From a virus (lineage: Duplodnaviria; Caudoviricetes), in IMG/VR virus record IMGVR_UViG_3300033755_000085, positions 1 through 26,361 of that record: a DNA stretch of 26,361 nt. The stretch is one strand, 5' to 3'. The translations under genes and the position numbers were made by a program. Below are positions 24,553 to 26,361 of the stretch, in pieces. The notes beneath the pieces were generated by a model that was not told the origin of the DNA, searched no databases, and saw only the letters and a list, made by a program, of their open reading frames with translations. The first letter of the stretch is position 1, and the number at the start of each line of letters is the position of its first letter.

Positions 24553-24689
24553 GGTGGCGGGGCTCGGGTTGCCCCGAACGCGGGCCACGCTTGGCGGCCG
24601 ACCCGCGCAGCGCAGAGTGACCTGAACGCCGCCCCGCCCCTCGCCGTCGCCGGCGCGGGCCAAGGGCCACGATTCGGGATTGGGAGTCG
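24551..24689 (+). promoter_or_regulatory. Putative structured RNA leader of the methyltransferase gene
   Basis: Closing stem 24551-24563/24631-24642 encloses hairpins 24564-24577 and 24579-24607; further stem 24670-24675/24684-24689 covers the SD. Confidence 0.55.
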
Positions 24690-25490
24690 ATGGGGAATTC
24701 ATGGAGGAGCGTCGATACGACGCATCCGGCCGCCGGCTACGTCGGCGGCAAGAAGCAGCTGGCGCGCAGCCTGGTCGCGCGCATCGAGGCTATCGACCAC
24801 CGGCTCTACGCCGAGCCGTTTGTTGGGATGGGCGGCGTCTTCCTGCGCCGCCGGCGCGCGCCCCGCGTGGAGGCGATCAACGACGCCTCGCGCGACGTCG
24901 CGACGTTCTTTCGCGTGCTCCAGCGCCACTATCAGGCGTTCATGGACATGCTGAAGTGGCAGTTGACCGGCCGCGCCGAGTTCGAGCGGCTGCGGGCGGT
25001 CGACCCGGACACCCTCACCGACCTGGAGCGGGCGGCGCGGTTCCTCTACCTCCAGCGCCTGGCGTTCGGCGGCAAGGTCGCCGGGCGCAATTTCGGGGTC
25101 GACACCACCGGCCCGGCGCGGTTCGACACCACCAAGCTCGGCTCTCTGCTGGAGGCGGTCCACGAGCGCCTCGCCGGGGTGACGATCGAGTGCCTGGACT
25201 GGCGGGCGTTCATCGCCCGCTGGGATCGGCCCCATGCGTTGTTCTACGTCGACCCACCCTACCTCGGCTCGGAGGGTTACTACGGCGCGGGGATGTTCCC
25301 GCCCTCCGACCACCAGGCTTTGGCGGCCGTTTTGAGGGGCCTAAAAGGCCGCTTCATCCTCACCCTGAACGACGCGCCCGAGGCCCGCGCGCTCTACGCC
25401 GGCTGCACCATCGAGTCGGCCGACCTCAGTTACTCTCTGGCCGGTTCAGGGCAGTCGAAACGGGTGAGGGAGCTGATCATTAGCGGTTAA
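24690..25490 (+). CDS. D12-class (Dam-like, alpha group) DNA N6-adenine methyltransferase in the mom position
   Basis: YVGGK, EPFVGMGGV (motif I), IND, ERAARFLYL, FYVDPPY (motif IV), C-terminal ELII; target specificity cannot be read from sequence. Confidence 0.95.
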   Translation: MGNSWRSVDTTHPAAGYVGGKKQLARSLVARIEAIDHRLYAEPFVGMGGVFLRRRRAPRVEAINDASRDVATFFRVLQRHYQAFMDMLKWQLTGRAEFERLRAVDPDTLTDLERAARFLYLQRLAFGGKVAGRNFGVDTTGPARFDTTKLGSLLEAVHERLAGVTIECLDWRAFIARWDRPHALFYVDPPYLGSEGYYGAGMFPPSDHQALAAVLRGLKGRFILTLNDAPEARALYAGCTIESADLSYSLAGSGQSKRVRELIISG

Positions 25491-25501
25491 GGGGGCGCCG
25501 C

Positions 25502-25545
25502 AGTTTGGCGTTGCCGCAACCGCTGGAGTGATTTTGCCGGCTACA
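25502..25545. other. Candidate prophage right end with putative transposase-binding repeats
   Basis: AGTTTGGCG (25502-25510) and ATTTTGCCG (25531-25539), then terminal GCTACA (reads TGT... on the - strand). Confidence 0.55.
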
Positions 25546-25693
25546 GGAACACCCCGCGACGGGCGCCGCCGCCGCGGCCCCCGCCCACGCTGCGGAAAGG
25601 AATTTGGCGCGGAATCGCGCGCCCGTCGTAGCCGCTCGTTAACGATTAACGGCGATGATCCGCCGCGGATAGGCGTGCGCGCGTCGGGCGGTC

Positions 25694-26361
25694 ATGGTCG
25701 TGGTTGCGGCGGAAAAAAACGACAAGGGTCGCGCCAGCGATCCCGCCGCCGCTGCAAGGCGGCGCGCGATGACACTCAAGCTGCGCCACGCGCGCCAGAC
25801 GCTCACCACCAGTTCGACCGACTTCGCCGGTCAGTACGCCTCGCTGGCGCGGCTGTTCGCTCACAGCGTCGCCAGCGCGACGCCGGCGATGGCGCTGGTC
25901 GCGGTCGCGGTCGGCGCGATCGCCAACGCCTGGGTGCCGGCGCCCAAGGTGATGAGCTGGGGCGTCATGCTCGCCGCTTCGCTCGCAGTGCGCTACGGGC
26001 TGGCGATCGCCTTCCTCGATCTGCCCGAGCCGGAAAAGGCCTCCCCCGCCTGGCGGCGCAAGTTCATCGCCGCCGAAACCTTCGCCGGCGGCGCGTGGGC
26101 GCTGCTCGTCGTCCTGCTGCTGCGATCGGCCGATCCCAACGCGCGCACCTTCGTTCTCGTCGTGCTGCTGCTCGTCTCCGGCATGACGGCGATGGTCGCC
26201 TCGGCGATCCCCTTCGCCGTCGCCGGCAGCCTGCTGCCGATGGCGATCGCGATCGTCTACGTGCTCGGGCCGGCGACGCGCGAGCAGGCGCTGATGATGT
26301 CGGCTTTGTGCGTCGGCATCCTCGTCTACTTCGTCATCCTCGCCAATCGGCTGCATCGCAC
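25694..26361 (+). CDS. Host multi-transmembrane protein, probably the N-terminal sensor region of a PleC/DivJ-related histidine kinase; 3' truncated
   Basis: Frame open from ATG 25694 to the window end: MVVVAAEKNDKGR...RHARQTLT...AWRRKFIAAETFAGGAW...; about six hydrophobic segments; the kinase domain is not in the window. Confidence 0.65.
   Translation, partial: MVVVAAEKNDKGRASDPAAAARRRAMTLKLRHARQTLTTSSTDFAGQYASLARLFAHSVASATPAMALVAVAVGAIANAWVPAPKVMSWGVMLAASLAVRYGLAIAFLDLPEPEKASPAWRRKFIAAETFAGGAWALLVVLLLRSADPNARTFVLVVLLLVSGMTAMVASAIPFAVAGSLLPMAIAIVYVLGPATREQALMMSALCVGILVYFVILANRLHR

Larger units (their letters stand above)
1..25545 (+). mobile_element. Mu-like transposable prophage (right part: head, P2-like contractile tail, terminal methyltransferase module); left part lies outside the window
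   Basis: Continuous, translationally coupled + strand run of Mu-type head genes and P2-type tail genes; MTase in the mom position; candidate ...CA end at 25545 followed by a host-type gene. Confidence 0.93.

Noticed and set aside
24680-25483. 267-aa ORF overlapping the MTase in another frame
   Set aside because: Arg/Gly/Pro-rich shadow frame; all MTase motifs are in the 24690 frame
231-26356. Many long minus-strand and alternate-frame ORFs in the track (e.g. 231-1733, 3563-4822, 20257-22401, 25646-26356)
   Set aside because: Shadow ORFs of high-GC coding DNA: Arg/Pro-rich, without motifs, and fully overlapping well-supported + strand genes
1-26361. Abundant CGATCG/GCGATCGC palindromes
   Set aside because: Present in both phage and host parts and largely explained by Ala-Ile codon pairs in high-GC DNA; enrichment cannot be shown without counting

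Overview
High-GC window, probably from an alphaproteobacterium (Rhizobiales-like). It holds the right-hand part of a transposable (Mu-like) prophage, with all genes on the + strand. Gene order: (1) a Mu-type head module (small and large terminase, gp29 portal, MuF/gp30, protease I with nested scaffold, cement protein, gpT capsid, gp35/gp36/G/gp37-like); (2) a P2-type contractile tail (V, W, J, I, fibre, sheath, tube, E/E' chaperone, tape measure, U, X, D), interrupted by a six-gene accessory fibre/appendage cassette; (3) a terminal module in the com-mom position (KOW-like ORF, Cys/His zinc-finger ORF, a structured ~140-nt leader, and a D12-class N6-adenine methyltransferase). The prophage probably ends at ...GGCTACA (25545), just upstream of a host multi-TM sensor-kinase-like gene. 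Most interesting observations: the terminal ZnF/structured-leader/MTase module; a promoter-like motif GGTGAA-N4-TTCACC-N20-GCGGCCAA found identically before the protease and the sheath genes; a recurring 17-bp AT-armed motif at gene junctions; and an Ala-rich 21-aa-repeat protein that may scaffold a beaded or branched fibre. Product calls rest on recognised motifs and synteny only; no searches were run.
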